Virus record (IMG/VR): IMGVR_UViG_3300037755_000547
Coordinates: 1-38,032 of that record
Reading direction: 5' to 3' (one strand)
DNA from: a virus
Taxonomy: Duplodnaviria > Caudoviricetes
DNA: 38,032 bases
Position 1 is the first letter of the stretch, and each line of letters starts with the position of its first letter. A program made the translations under genes and the position numbers. This document shows, piece after piece, positions 25,435 through 33,683 of the stretch. A model generated the notes under the pieces. The model had not been told where the DNA came from and searched no databases. It saw only the letters and a list, made by a program, of their open reading frames with translations.

Positions 25435-28404
25435 ATGGCTCCGCGGTTTAAGGCTCCGGTCCATGCGGACTTTCTGGACCTCGGCGCGCGCTACTCCGAC
25501 GACATTCGCCTCAACGAGATCGCCTATCGCTACGGGGTGATGCTCCCGAGCAGCGGGGTCACCGGCGAGCGCGCCCTTTCCATGATCGCCAACAAGCTCG
25601 GTGCAGATCGGGCGCTGCGCGAGCTCGAGCGCGTCGGGTTCAAAGGCGTCTCGTCCGGCACGGCCGAGGCTCCGGAGTATCTGCCGTTCGGCGCTTACCA
25701 GGGCGCCGGCAACAACCTTTGGCTCCCGTTCGACATGATCGAGCCGGAGTCCCGCAGCCTCAACAGCATCGGCGCTGCGGCGGGCGCGACAGCAGCGGCC
25801 GGCGGCCTTGCCGCGCTCGGCCTCTCCGACGACGCGGAGGCCTCGCCTAGCCCGCGCGGCGGAACTGGCCGCTCTGCTCGGATCAACGAGCGACGGTTAG
25901 AACGACTGCACCGAGGCGAGCTAACGCCAGACGAATCCTATACCCTGTCAAGACTCGATGAAGGGACCGACCCGACAACCATCGCTGACGAGATGCAGAT
26001 CAGCGACAATCATCTCAGCCAGCTCCTGTGGAGGCTTCGGGAAGCCGGCCACGATGTCCCACTCCGCCAGCTTGGGCGGCCTTCAAATGTCAGAGACCAG
26101 GCGGTCGATCTCAAAACCCGCTTTCCGGAACTGACAAACGCTCAGATCGCCGAGCGCATAGGGAGCACGACGGACAGCGTCAAGGTGACGCTGTTCAATG
26201 CGCGTCGGCATGGGCTGTTGCCCGGCCTTTCTGGAGCGGCCGGAGTGGGCCTCGGCCTTTCCGCTCTCTCCGGAGACGACGCGGAGGCCTCGGTCCTCTC
26301 CTCCCTTCGCGACGATGGGCTGGAGACAGCCCCCTGGTCCGAAATGGGCGGGCAGGAACAACCTGGCTGGAACGAGACCGCCGCGGACTTGATGCGCCAA
26401 GGCAGCGGCGTCCTGCCGTTCCCGTTCAACCTCAGCGTGGCGGCGAGCGCGGACTTTGTCGACGACCCCATCGACGCCGCAGCTGAGTATGCGGTTGGAA
26501 GCACGGTTCGGCAGTCGGCAGACAGCCGCCGTCAAGGCGGCTGGTACGACGACGGCATGGGCCAGCAGTTCTACGTCGAGGGCGATCCTGACTTCCGGGC
26601 GGGATTCTTCGAGGAAGACGACAACCTCTACCAGCAGCGCATCATGGAAGACGGCCAGCGTGGTCCCGGAGATATGGCATGGGACCGTCTCCTTGCGCCC
26701 ACGGAGCTGTTCGGTGGCGACGAGCTTGCGGCGCCGTTCAAGGCGGGCAGAGGAGCGCTGCGGGCCCTTCGCGGCGGCTCGTTCGACATCCCCGGCGGAC
26801 TGCCGCGCGACCTCCTTCCGGGCGAGCCAAGCCCCATGCCTCCACGCCAGCCCGGTATGGCCGGAGAGCGCATCAGCGAGCCGGGCCAGCCCTACCGCGA
26901 GCCGTTCTGGGGAGAGGACTTCGGTGACCAGGCCGGGCCGTTCCCAGAGCGTCGGCAGGAGCCTTTCGCCGACCTAAGCCGTCCGGAGTGGGCGCAAAAT
27001 CAAGCCGACAGCCTCGCACGGCTGCGGCAGGGCGCCGGCGACGCGTTCGACTTCGACCTTGCCGACGAGATGAACGACCGCGCCTGGCGCGTCGTTCAGG
27101 GCGACGAGCGCTACTTCGGCGGCAAGCCGTATTCGCAGGAGCAGGGCTACCCCGGACGCTACGCGGACATGGACCTTTCGCTTGCCCCCTCGCCGGAACA
27201 GACGGCGCGTACGGAGGTGAGAGCGGCGGCGGATGCCATGCTGGCCGAGCTGAGGCGAGCTCGCGACGGCTTCACCGTGCCGCGGTCCAGCGATGGAGCC
27301 GCGCGCCAGGGCCAGTTGCTCACCGACATGGACGATCTGATCCAGCTCCTCGATGAGGACGCGCCGAGCCAGGATATCCTCTCGCACATGCTGACGATCC
27401 GCGAGCGGCCGGGCACGCCTGCCTATCCGTCGCTTCTGCAGCGCGGATCGACCGGTGCGGAGCGACGAAACCAGCCGATCGGCTCGTCGCTCGACGACGC
27501 GATGCGTCTGGACTCCGACGCGCTCGCCGCCGCCGGGCTGGCGCGCGACGCGCGGCTGGCAGTGCGTCAGACAGCACCACCGCCACCGCCACCTCCATTC
27601 CCCTATAGGGCGGCGCAGGTTCTTGGCGGCTCAGCGGCGGGAGCCGGGATTCTGGCCGCCACGGCCTCCATGGACGACCCGGAGCGCGATACTCGGGCCT
27701 GGGGGCCAGAGAGGATCAAGCAGCCGCCATACACCCCGCAGGAGGTTCCGCCGCTTCCTGAGCACGCTGGGGCCGCGCCGCGCGAAGAGCCGATCTTCGC
27801 GCCGGTAAACTACATGGTTCCGACGCCAGACGGCCGCTACATGGTGTCTGTGAACGTCTCGCCCGACGGACGACGCATTCCCGATGACGAAACGGTCAAC
27901 ATCTCGTTCGATGGCGCCGAGGTGGCGCCGGACCCCCGGCTGTTCGACGAGTTCGAGGTCGACCCGGCCAACCTCCAGCACGTCCGGCGCCTGCAGAACG
28001 TTCTCATCGAAGCTGGCTTCGACGTGGGTAGGAAGGGCGCTGACGGAGTTCTCGGAGATGACACGCAAGCCGCCATCGACGCCATCGCATCGGCCTACGG
28101 TTACGGCGCGGTCGACCCGACCACAGCGTTCCGCCTCGCCATGGCCTACCCGACGCAGGACGCCACCGTCGGTATGGTGCAGTCCAGATTGGCGCAGAAT
28201 CCGGACTTCCTCGCGCTGCTCGGAGACGCCGGGCCCGACGACGTCTATGGTCCCGACACCGAGCGCGCCGTCGAGGCCTTCACGGGCCGCGACGCCCCGT
28301 CCTGGACGCGAGACTATGCCGCGCCGCCGCAAGAATTCCTGAACGAAACCTACTGGGCGGACATCTTCGGCAACAAGAAGCGCTGGCGCGAGCAGCTGCG
28401 CTAG
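25435..28404 (+). CDS. Large polyvalent protein: degenerate ART-like N-terminus, tandem HTH, two C-terminal peptidoglycan-binding domains
   Basis: GGAGG RBS; HTHs PTTIADEMQISDNHLSQLLWRL and NAQIAERIGSTTDSVKVTL; PG-binding motifs VRRLQNVL...ADGVLGDDTQAAI and VQSRL...DDVYGPDTERAVEAF. Confidence 0.8.
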   Translation: MAPRFKAPVHADFLDLGARYSDDIRLNEIAYRYGVMLPSSGVTGERALSMIANKLGADRALRELERVGFKGVSSGTAEAPEYLPFGAYQGAGNNLWLPFDMIEPESRSLNSIGAAAGATAAAGGLAALGLSDDAEASPSPRGGTGRSARINERRLERLHRGELTPDESYTLSRLDEGTDPTTIADEMQISDNHLSQLLWRLREAGHDVPLRQLGRPSNVRDQAVDLKTRFPELTNAQIAERIGSTTDSVKVTLFNARRHGLLPGLSGAAGVGLGLSALSGDDAEASVLSSLRDDGLETAPWSEMGGQEQPGWNETAADLMRQGSGVLPFPFNLSVAASADFVDDPIDAAAEYAVGSTVRQSADSRRQGGWYDDGMGQQFYVEGDPDFRAGFFEEDDNLYQQRIMEDGQRGPGDMAWDRLLAPTELFGGDELAAPFKAGRGALRALRGGSFDIPGGLPRDLLPGEPSPMPPRQPGMAGERISEPGQPYREPFWGEDFGDQAGPFPERRQEPFADLSRPEWAQNQADSLARLRQGAGDAFDFDLADEMNDRAWRVVQGDERYFGGKPYSQEQGYPGRYADMDLSLAPSPEQTARTEVRAAADAMLAELRRARDGFTVPRSSDGAARQGQLLTDMDDLIQLLDEDAPSQDILSHMLTIRERPGTPAYPSLLQRGSTGAERRNQPIGSSLDDAMRLDSDALAAAGLARDARLAVRQTAPPPPPPPFPYRAAQVLGGSAAGAGILAATASMDDPERDTRAWGPERIKQPPYTPQEVPPLPEHAGAAPREEPIFAPVNYMVPTPDGRYMVSVNVSPDGRRIPDDETVNISFDGAEVAPDPRLFDEFEVDPANLQHVRRLQNVLIEAGFDVGRKGADGVLGDDTQAAIDAIASAYGYGAVDPTTAFRLAMAYPTQDATVGMVQSRLAQNPDFLALLGDAGPDDVYGPDTERAVEAFTGRDAPSWTRDYAAPPQEFLNETYWADIFGNKKRWREQLR
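25828..26292 (+). repeat. 18-bp direct repeat GACGACGCGGAGGCCTCG (25828-25845, 26275-26292)
   Basis: Exact match; encodes DDAEAS; 447 bp apart (in frame). Confidence 0.9.
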
Positions 28405-28538
28405 TCGGCGTAGTGCCGCTCACGCGCCTCGAAGATCAAATAGAAGAAAAACGCGACCGGCCACGCGATCCAGACCGGAACTCCCGCAAGCGCCGGCGTC
28501 CAAGCAATCGCTATCGTGGCGTAGCCGAACCACTTCAT
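28401..28538 (-). CDS. Small membrane protein (45 aa), last gene of the early operon
   Basis: Manual translation MKWFGYATIAIAWTPALAGVPVWIAWPVAFFFYLIFEARERHYAD*; AAGGA RBS; ATGA overlap. Confidence 0.65.
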   Translation of the reverse strand: MKWFGYATIAIAWTPALAGVPVWIAWPVAFFFYLIFEARERHYAD

Positions 28539-28756
28539 GTCCTTCGGTCCTTACTCAAGGGAAGAGCGGCGCGACGCACCGCGTCGTGGTAGGCATGGTA
28601 GGCTGACCAGAATTCCTCGTCCGCCTGTTTTTTCCGAACGTCGAACGCGAATCGCTCCTCCGGCGTCCAGGAGAGATAAGCGTAGTGGTTCGTCATGCCC
28701 ATTGCATCTAAGCGCGAGCGTGCGCGGTCCATCCGACTCAGCAGTTCGTCAGCCAT
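28535..28756 (-). CDS. Hypothetical protein (73 aa)
   Basis: Start MADELL next to the upstream stop; coupled operon. Confidence 0.6.
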   Translation of the reverse strand: MADELLSRMDRARSRLDAMGMTNHYAYLSWTPEERFAFDVRKKQADEEFWSAYHAYHDAVRRAALPLSKDRRT

Positions 28757-28757
28757 T

Positions 28758-29021
28758 TCACTTCCCTTCCTTTCCAGAGGACTCGCGGAGAGAGCGGAGA
28801 TTCTCGACAAAGTCGCGCCACTGCTCTCGCAAGAGCGAGCCGCCCGTGGCTTCGTCCATTTTACCCTGGCCTACTCGGATCAAGTGGTTGAAGCTGGCGT
28901 GGGCGGCGGTCTTGCAAAAGCAGCGAAGGTGCGGCTTTCTTCGACACCATTCGGCGTCACACCCGCGCGCCCGAGCAATCGAGTCCGCCAGACCCTCGAC
29001 GACATCTTTGATCTCGCTCAT
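28758..29021 (-). CDS. Hypothetical Cys-containing protein (87 aa)
   Basis: Start MSEIKD with ATGA overlap. Confidence 0.6.
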   Translation of the reverse strand: MSEIKDVVEGLADSIARARGCDAEWCRRKPHLRCFCKTAAHASFNHLIRVGQGKMDEATGGSLLREQWRDFVENLRSLRESSGKEGK

Positions 29022-29179
29022 GGGGATTGCTCTTGCTCTGCAACCCACTTCCGGACCTGCCGTTCGGCGTTAGGCCCGACGAAGCAGTTGCCCTCAAATT
29101 CGGTCAGTGAGCTGCGCTTGATCATCTTGCGCGCCCACCACGTCTGCTTGCCGATTTGGGTGATGGCGTATTCGCTCAT
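29018..29179 (-). CDS. Hypothetical protein (53 aa)
   Basis: Start MSEYAIT with ATGA overlaps at both ends. Confidence 0.55.
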   Translation of the reverse strand: MSEYAITQIGKQTWWARKMIKRSSLTEFEGNCFVGPNAERQVRKWVAEQEQSP

Positions 29180-29394
29180 GCGGACAATCCGAACCGGAAA
29201 GATTTCAGCCACACGACGAGCTTCTGAGACCAGATTAGGCGCTCCTCCCGATCCGTTTCCTCCGCGCTCTTGATCATCTCATCTAGGAAGGAGTCGAGCG
29301 CTCGGTTGAATAGTTTCTGGAGGTCGTCTTGGCTCCAATCGCCTTCAACAAAAACCTCCCAAGCGGTCTCTCTGGCTTTCGCGATGTCAGTCAT
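29176..29394 (-). CDS. Hypothetical protein (72 aa)
   Basis: AAGGA RBS, coupled stop. Confidence 0.6.
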   Translation of the reverse strand: MTDIAKARETAWEVFVEGDWSQDDLQKLFNRALDSFLDEMIKSAEETDREERLIWSQKLVVWLKSFRFGLSA

Positions 29395-29459
29395 GGGGAT
29401 GGTCCTTAGACAGAATATGTGTTCTTGAACGGCGCTGCCGGTTGCTCACTGAGACGGAG

Positions 29460-29648
29460 TTAATCTCCGAGCAGCCTCTCTACGCAGTCCTCCGCCAATG
29501 CGGTTGCTGCGTCTGGAAAATCAGCGGCAAGCTCGCCTGCAACAGCGATCTTCCTGGCGCACTCCTGATCCAGCGCCTCGTCAGTCGTCATTTCGTCCGT
29601 CGCCGGAGCACAAGCCGTCAGACCGAGTAAGAGTATTATAGCCCGCAT
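29460..29648 (-). CDS. Small lipoprotein (62 aa)
   Basis: MRAIILLLGLTAC lipobox; GGAG RBS. Confidence 0.7.
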   Translation of the reverse strand: MRAIILLLGLTACAPATDEMTTDEALDQECARKIAVAGELAADFPDAATALAEDCVERLLGD

Positions 29649-29704
29649 CTTCTTCTCCAGTGTAGGTGTCGCTCAATCGAATTAAAGGGCCGCGTTAGCG
29701 GGAA

Positions 29705-29881
29705 TTATTCCTTGTACGGAGCCTTCCCCTCCCTGGGGGAGAGGGCGGCGTCCAAGTGAGCCTTGACCGTTTTGAGGGAGAGGACCCTACGCCGAGCCTT
29801 AGCGGCGTCGATCCATTCGTGGCGGTTCGCCTGAAGCTCAGCCGCCCAAGCCCTCAGCGGGTCTCTTTCATCCTTCTTCAT
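29705..29881 (-). CDS. Hypothetical protein (58 aa)
   Basis: Manual translation MKKDERDPLRAWAAELQANRHEW...ALSPREGKAPYKE*; ATGA overlap. Confidence 0.55.
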   Translation of the reverse strand: MKKDERDPLRAWAAELQANRHEWIDAAKARRRVLSLKTVKAHLDAALSPREGKAPYKE

Positions 29882-30126
29882 TCAGACGGCTCCTTCGCTC
29901 GCAGCCAATTTTGGACGGCGCAGGAGAGCCGCACCCAAAGCCCCGCACCGGGTATCGCCGCTGGAATGCGCTCGACCAGCTCACCGTCATACCGCGCTAG
30001 CGGTAGCATCTTGATTCGCGCCCTGGCCTCGGCCTCACTACGAGCCAGGATCGAAAAGCCGTAGTCGGCTCCGTCAAAGTGGTACGTGAACAGATATTCC
30101 GGCCACCTCTCGTTCGGGTCGCTCAT
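29878..30126 (-). CDS. Conserved small phage protein (82 aa)
   Basis: YLFTYHFDGADYGFSILARSEAEARARI...LARYDGEL; coupled at both ends. Confidence 0.75.
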   Translation of the reverse strand: MSDPNERWPEYLFTYHFDGADYGFSILARSEAEARARIKMLPLARYDGELVERIPAAIPGAGLWVRLSCAVQNWLRAKEPSE

Positions 30127-30362
30127 TCAGACGGCCCCTGCTCCTGGAGGAAGGCTCTGGCTTCATCTTCCTTCTCTGTCGTGGTGAGAGCGTCGTTCCG
30201 CCTTTCAAAGAAGTACTTCAGCAACGCCCTCGCCCTTTCCAGGTCGGAGAGGAGAGAGCGGCACTCGGTCGCCCAGTGGCGCGCAGCGGGATCAGCTCCG
30301 TCCGTCATCGTCGGATCGTCGATCCACGCGAGCGATTCCTTCAGTTCCCTAAGCCGGGTCAT
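30123..30362 (-). CDS. Hypothetical protein (79 aa)
   Basis: GAGGA RBS; coupled stop. Confidence 0.65.
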   Translation of the reverse strand: MTRLRELKESLAWIDDPTMTDGADPAARHWATECRSLLSDLERARALLKYFFERRNDALTTTEKEDEARAFLQEQGPSE

Positions 30363-30681
30363 GGGGTGTCCTCGCCTGCCGGATGATCTCGGCCATGCGC
30401 TGGACGATCTCGATACGGATTGTCATCGGTTGGCCGTCCGGCACGTCGTCATCGACGAGGCCTAACTCGTTTTTGATGCCGCGCCTGTCGAGAAGGTCGT
30501 TTAGAATGCCGAGCGCGGCACGCTCGGCCCAATCAATCGGATCGCGCCTGTGGTAGGGGTAGCGCTTGCCGCCCTCAAGTGCGCGGGTCGCAAGGCCCTC
30601 GTTTGAATGCTCAACCATCCCGTGCTCCTTCACAGCACCCACCACTCCTTCAGCTGCTTAAGCCGGGTCATGTGGTGTCCT
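30337..30681. repeat. 36-bp imperfect direct repeat (30337-30372, 30646-30681; 32/36 identical)
   Basis: Manual alignment; contains RBS, ATG and MTRL(R/K)(E/Q)LKE codons on the - strand. Confidence 0.9.
30349..30618 (-). CDS. Hypothetical protein (89 aa)
   Basis: AGGAG RBS before MVEHSNE; DWAERAALGILNDLLDRRGIKNEL block. Confidence 0.7.
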   Translation of the reverse strand: MVEHSNEGLATRALEGGKRYPYHRRDPIDWAERAALGILNDLLDRRGIKNELGLVDDDVPDGQPMTIRIEIVQRMAEIIRQARTPHDPA

Positions 30682-30883
30682 TCTCCGCGAACCAGCCAAA
30701 GAGGAGCCGACAGACGGCGATAATCGGAAGCGCCGCAACAACGATCATTCCGAGAGACATGGAGCCGACGAAGAACGCCAGCGACACGGGCAGACCCGTG
30801 GCCCGATCCAGCCAGCTTGTGACGATGACGGTCAGCACGATCGCCGTGACGTACAGCACGAAGAAGGCAGAGCCTCTGCTCAT
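30668..30883 (-). CDS. Two-TM membrane protein (71 aa)
   Basis: Two hydrophobic helices; ATGA overlap. Confidence 0.65.
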   Translation of the reverse strand: MSRGSAFFVLYVTAIVLTVIVTSWLDRATGLPVSLAFFVGSMSLGMIVVAALPIIAVCRLLFGWFAEKDTT

Positions 30884-31062
30884 AAAACCCACCACAAGAA
30901 AGCGGCGCATCCCAGCAGCGCCAGAAGACGAAGGTAGGCGATGCGTTTGGTCGCTGCAGCGGCGCGCCGAGCGAATCGGTTGGCGCCGGACCGCAATGAA
31001 ATCAGCGGCCTAAACCTACAGCCGTGGATAGTTGACCGCTGAAATTCGCCAATGATCTCCAT
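30880..31062 (-). CDS. Small protein with C-terminal TM (60 aa)
   Basis: AGGAG RBS within the integrase 3' end; hydrophobic C-terminus. Confidence 0.55.
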   Translation of the reverse strand: MEIIGEFQRSTIHGCRFRPLISLRSGANRFARRAAAATKRIAYLRLLALLGCAAFLWWVL

Positions 31063-31065
31063 GGG

Positions 31066-32133
31066 TTATGCTGCTCCTTTTGCCGCGTTTCCGCCAGTTG
31101 CCAGCCGGTAGTCGGAGAGCCGCGCGATGCCCCGGCGGATGATCTCTTTCTGGTCGACGTAGCGGCGCCTGATCTGCGCAACCTTCGCGCTGTCCCAGCC
31201 CATGATCGCGGCCACCTCCCGGTCGTCGAATCCGGCCTTGCAGAACTCGGTCGCAGCCGTCCGGCGCAGGTCGTGCAGCGTGCGCTCTGGAATGCCGGCA
31301 TTGAGGGTAGCGGTCGAGAACTTCTGCGTCAGCGTCTTGGGCTTCCACGGCTCGCCCTTGCCGTTCACCAGCACGCGGCTATGGGCCCGCTGGATCGCCG
31401 CCAGCACGGCGCGCAGCTCCGGCACGACCGGCACGACGGCCAGGGCGCCCGTCTTGGAGCGGCGGATCTCGATCGCGTCGTGCTCGACCATGGTCCATTC
31501 GAGCCGGCAGAGCTCGGAGCAGCCGAAAGCGGTCAGGCGGGCCACGTCCATCACCCGGACGAGCTGCGCCGGCGCCGAGGCGCGGAACGCACCCATCTGC
31601 GCGTCGCTCCAGACGCACTCGGAGCGATCGGTGCGGGCGATCCTGGCGATGTTGGCGCAGACGTGCGCCCCGATCACGCCCCGGTCCTGAAGCCACGCCA
31701 GGAAGGCCCGCAGGCCGTCCAGCGTCTTGTCCGCCATGGCGGGGGCCTCGGCCATGCTGTCGCGCCAGTCGATCACCAGGGGCCTCATGGCGGGCTCCGT
31801 GAAGGCGAGGGGGTCGGCCTTGCCGAACCGATCGCGAATTCTGGCGATGTAGAACTCATAGACGGCTTGCGTGTTCGGCTTGAGGCGAGCGAACTCGGCC
31901 GACGTGCGCCAGCGCTCGAGCCAGGCCGCAACGTCGCCGCCATGGATATCTCGCCCCCACGTCGCCAGCGCGCGACGCCATTCCCTCCAGAGCGCTTCGG
32001 AGCCTTCGGTCTCATAGAGACGTGGGGCGTTCCGACCCCGCCATGCGTAGAGATAGATCGCGACCGAGCCATCACTCAGCGCCTTCTTTACGCGCCGGAG
32101 TCCGGGCGGACTTCCTTTGGAAGCGTTCGACAT
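31066..32133 (-). CDS. int: Tyrosine recombinase/integrase (box I atypical)
   Basis: YLYAWRG N-terminus, LKPNTQAVY, SKTG, HDLRRT, IMGW, RRYV; box I reads LTAFGCSEL. Confidence 0.9.
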   Translation of the reverse strand: MSNASKGSPPGLRRVKKALSDGSVAIYLYAWRGRNAPRLYETEGSEALWREWRRALATWGRDIHGGDVAAWLERWRTSAEFARLKPNTQAVYEFYIARIRDRFGKADPLAFTEPAMRPLVIDWRDSMAEAPAMADKTLDGLRAFLAWLQDRGVIGAHVCANIARIARTDRSECVWSDAQMGAFRASAPAQLVRVMDVARLTAFGCSELCRLEWTMVEHDAIEIRRSKTGALAVVPVVPELRAVLAAIQRAHSRVLVNGKGEPWKPKTLTQKFSTATLNAGIPERTLHDLRRTAATEFCKAGFDDREVAAIMGWDSAKVAQIRRRYVDQKEIIRRGIARLSDYRLATGGNAAKGAA

Positions 32134-32284
32134 GAGAGAACCCCGCTGCCGCTTGCCCCTTGAGCCGTAAGGTGACTCGCACGTCCCCGGCTGCGACCTC
32201 CACAATCTCCAGACCAGCGGCCTCGGCGGCGCGGAACAGCGCCTGCCAGCCCTTCTGATTCGGCATCGGGAGGCCGGTGCTCAC
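32072..32284 (-). CDS. Putative excisionase-like protein (70 aa)
   Basis: GTGA overlap; RAAEAAGLEIVEV pattern; overlaps the int start. Confidence 0.5.
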   Translation of the reverse strand: MSTGLPMPNQKGWQALFRAAEAAGLEIVEVAAGDVRVTLRLKGQAAAGFSHVERFQRKSARTPARKEGAE

Positions 32285-32748
32285 TGCGCATGCTCCCTGA
32301 TGTAGGCGAGCAGGTCTTCGCCCGGCGTGAACCATTCGCCGTGCTGACGCAGGTGGGCGAAGCGGGTGTGGAGCCGGAGCTCTCCCCATGAGCTGCCCGG
32401 TGTGCACCCCAACAGTTCGAGTCGGTCGGGCGACCCAGTTTGCAGGTTTGCAAGCCGCTGGCTCGGATTGTTGGCCACCCCTATTTTAATGAGGCCGGTC
32501 TGCTCGCCGCGAATGAAATAGACCTTGGCGGTAGGAGAGCGACCTCTCCTCGGAGCAATCGAAGGAACGGTCACCCGTTCGGTGTCGATGCCGCGAAGCG
32601 CTTGCCAGCGAGCAAGCCAACGCTCTGCGGCGGCGCGGTCATCGCAGCCGGTGGAGACGCGCTGGCTCCGACCATCCCACCACGTCACGTACCAGACGTC
32701 AGAAGGGTGTCCGTTGATCTTAAGCCGCGATAGTCCGTATTCAGACAT
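32281..32748 (-). CDS. T5orf172/GIY-YIG-like nuclease with integrase-arm-like N-terminus
   Basis: VYFI...LIKIG...RLANLQTGSP...ELRLH..F...GEWF; N-terminal WYVTWWDGRSQRVSTGCDDRAAAERWL. Confidence 0.85.
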   Translation of the reverse strand: MSEYGLSRLKINGHPSDVWYVTWWDGRSQRVSTGCDDRAAAERWLARWQALRGIDTERVTVPSIAPRRGRSPTAKVYFIRGEQTGLIKIGVANNPSQRLANLQTGSPDRLELLGCTPGSSWGELRLHTRFAHLRQHGEWFTPGEDLLAYIREHAQ

Positions 32749-32800
32749 GCGAATAGCCCCAGAGCTTGGCGACGTCCGAAGCGGTCAGGCGGGGTTCCAT
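32741..32800 (-). pseudogene. Truncated HTH excisionase-like remnant (19 aa)
   Basis: MEPRLTASDVAKLWGYSHV*; GAGG RBS; TGATG coupling. Confidence 0.5.
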
Positions 32801-32955
32801 CACCCCTCTCTCTTCGCTACGGCGAGCCGGCGGTCGCCCAACCACTCGTCAATCTCGCGGATGAGCTGCTTCGGGCTGTGGCGGTCGGTGCCGTCTAGCC
32901 TGCGAACCGCTCGGTTCAGCAGTTCCTCGGCGCGGTCGAGCATCTTGTCGCTCAT
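32800..32955 (-). CDS. Hypothetical protein (51 aa)
   Basis: Manual translation MSDKMLDRAEELLNRAVRRL...AKREG*; GGAG-TAG-ATG junction. Confidence 0.6.
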   Translation of the reverse strand: MSDKMLDRAEELLNRAVRRLDGTDRHSPKQLIREIDEWLGDRRLAVAKREG

Positions 32956-33426
32956 CTACTCCCCCTCTGAGGGAGAGGGGGAGAGGGCGGACGACTCCCA
33001 GAACAACTTCGCTTGCGTCGGGTGCTGGTCGACTCGGGGCCGGCTGGGGCACGACCACGACCCGCCGCCACGCTCGCCGAGCAGTTTCCAGCCGGCAGCT
33101 CGCAGCGATGCGCCGCCTTCCTCGTGTAGGGTGTACGTCCCGATGCGCGCATAGCCGAGCGCGAAGCAGGCGCGCCGGGCCGCTCCGTACAGGAACGAAC
33201 AGGCGTTGCGCGTGCCGTCCGTGCAGAGGCGCGTCACTTCCAGCGTCATCCCGTCGTCGCGCATCCTCGCCACCGGTCGGCCGACGATTGCTGCGCCTAC
33301 GACACTCGCATCCAGGACCGCGCCCAGGCTGAACATGTGACCGATCACCGGCTTGTGGTGGCGATGGTGGCGCGCGACGAATGCGTTCGCCTCCAACAGC
33401 GAGAGGGGGATGAGCGCGAGCCTCAC
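32956..33426 (-). CDS. XF1762-family (Mom/GNAT-related) protein
   Basis: EANAFVARHHRHH, VGRPVAR, LEVTRLCTDGTRNACSFLYGA, TYTL..EGGASLRAAGW; GTG start with GGAG. Confidence 0.85.
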   Translation of the reverse strand: MRLALIPLSLLEANAFVARHHRHHKPVIGHMFSLGAVLDASVVGAAIVGRPVARMRDDGMTLEVTRLCTDGTRNACSFLYGAARRACFALGYARIGTYTLHEEGGASLRAAGWKLLGERGGGSWSCPSRPRVDQHPTQAKLFWESSALSPSPSEGE

Positions 33427-33683
33427 GGTGACTCCGTCCGAAAGACGCGCTTCATCTCCGCGAGCACGTGGGGGTGGAAATGCTCCAGGAACGTGCGCTC
33501 GGCGATCATACGGGTGTTGTGATCCTGCCAGATCCGCTCGTTGCGTTGGATCTCTGCCCCGAGCCGCTCGATACGAGGCTTCACCAGCGTCATGATCTCG
33601 GCGCAGAGCCCGTCCGCGTCCGGACAATCGAGGCTCTGCAAGACGCAGAGAATGTCGTCGCAAACGTCGTCGACCTCGCTCAT
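33423..33683 (-). CDS. Hypothetical protein (86 aa)
   Basis: TGATG coupling at MSEVDD. Confidence 0.6.
   Translation of the reverse strand: MSEVDDVCDDILCVLQSLDCPDADGLCAEIMTLVKPRIERLGAEIQRNERIWQDHNTRMIAERTFLEHFHPHVLAEMKRVFRTESP

Noticed and set aside
29010-29400. TCATGGGGAT repeat at 29018 and 29391
   Set aside because: 10 bp including the start codon; too short to support alone
29066-30468. Integron attC cores (GTTAGGC near 29069, GCCTAAC near 30460)
   Set aside because: Wrong order and distance, no attC-like fold; the integrase does not look like IntI
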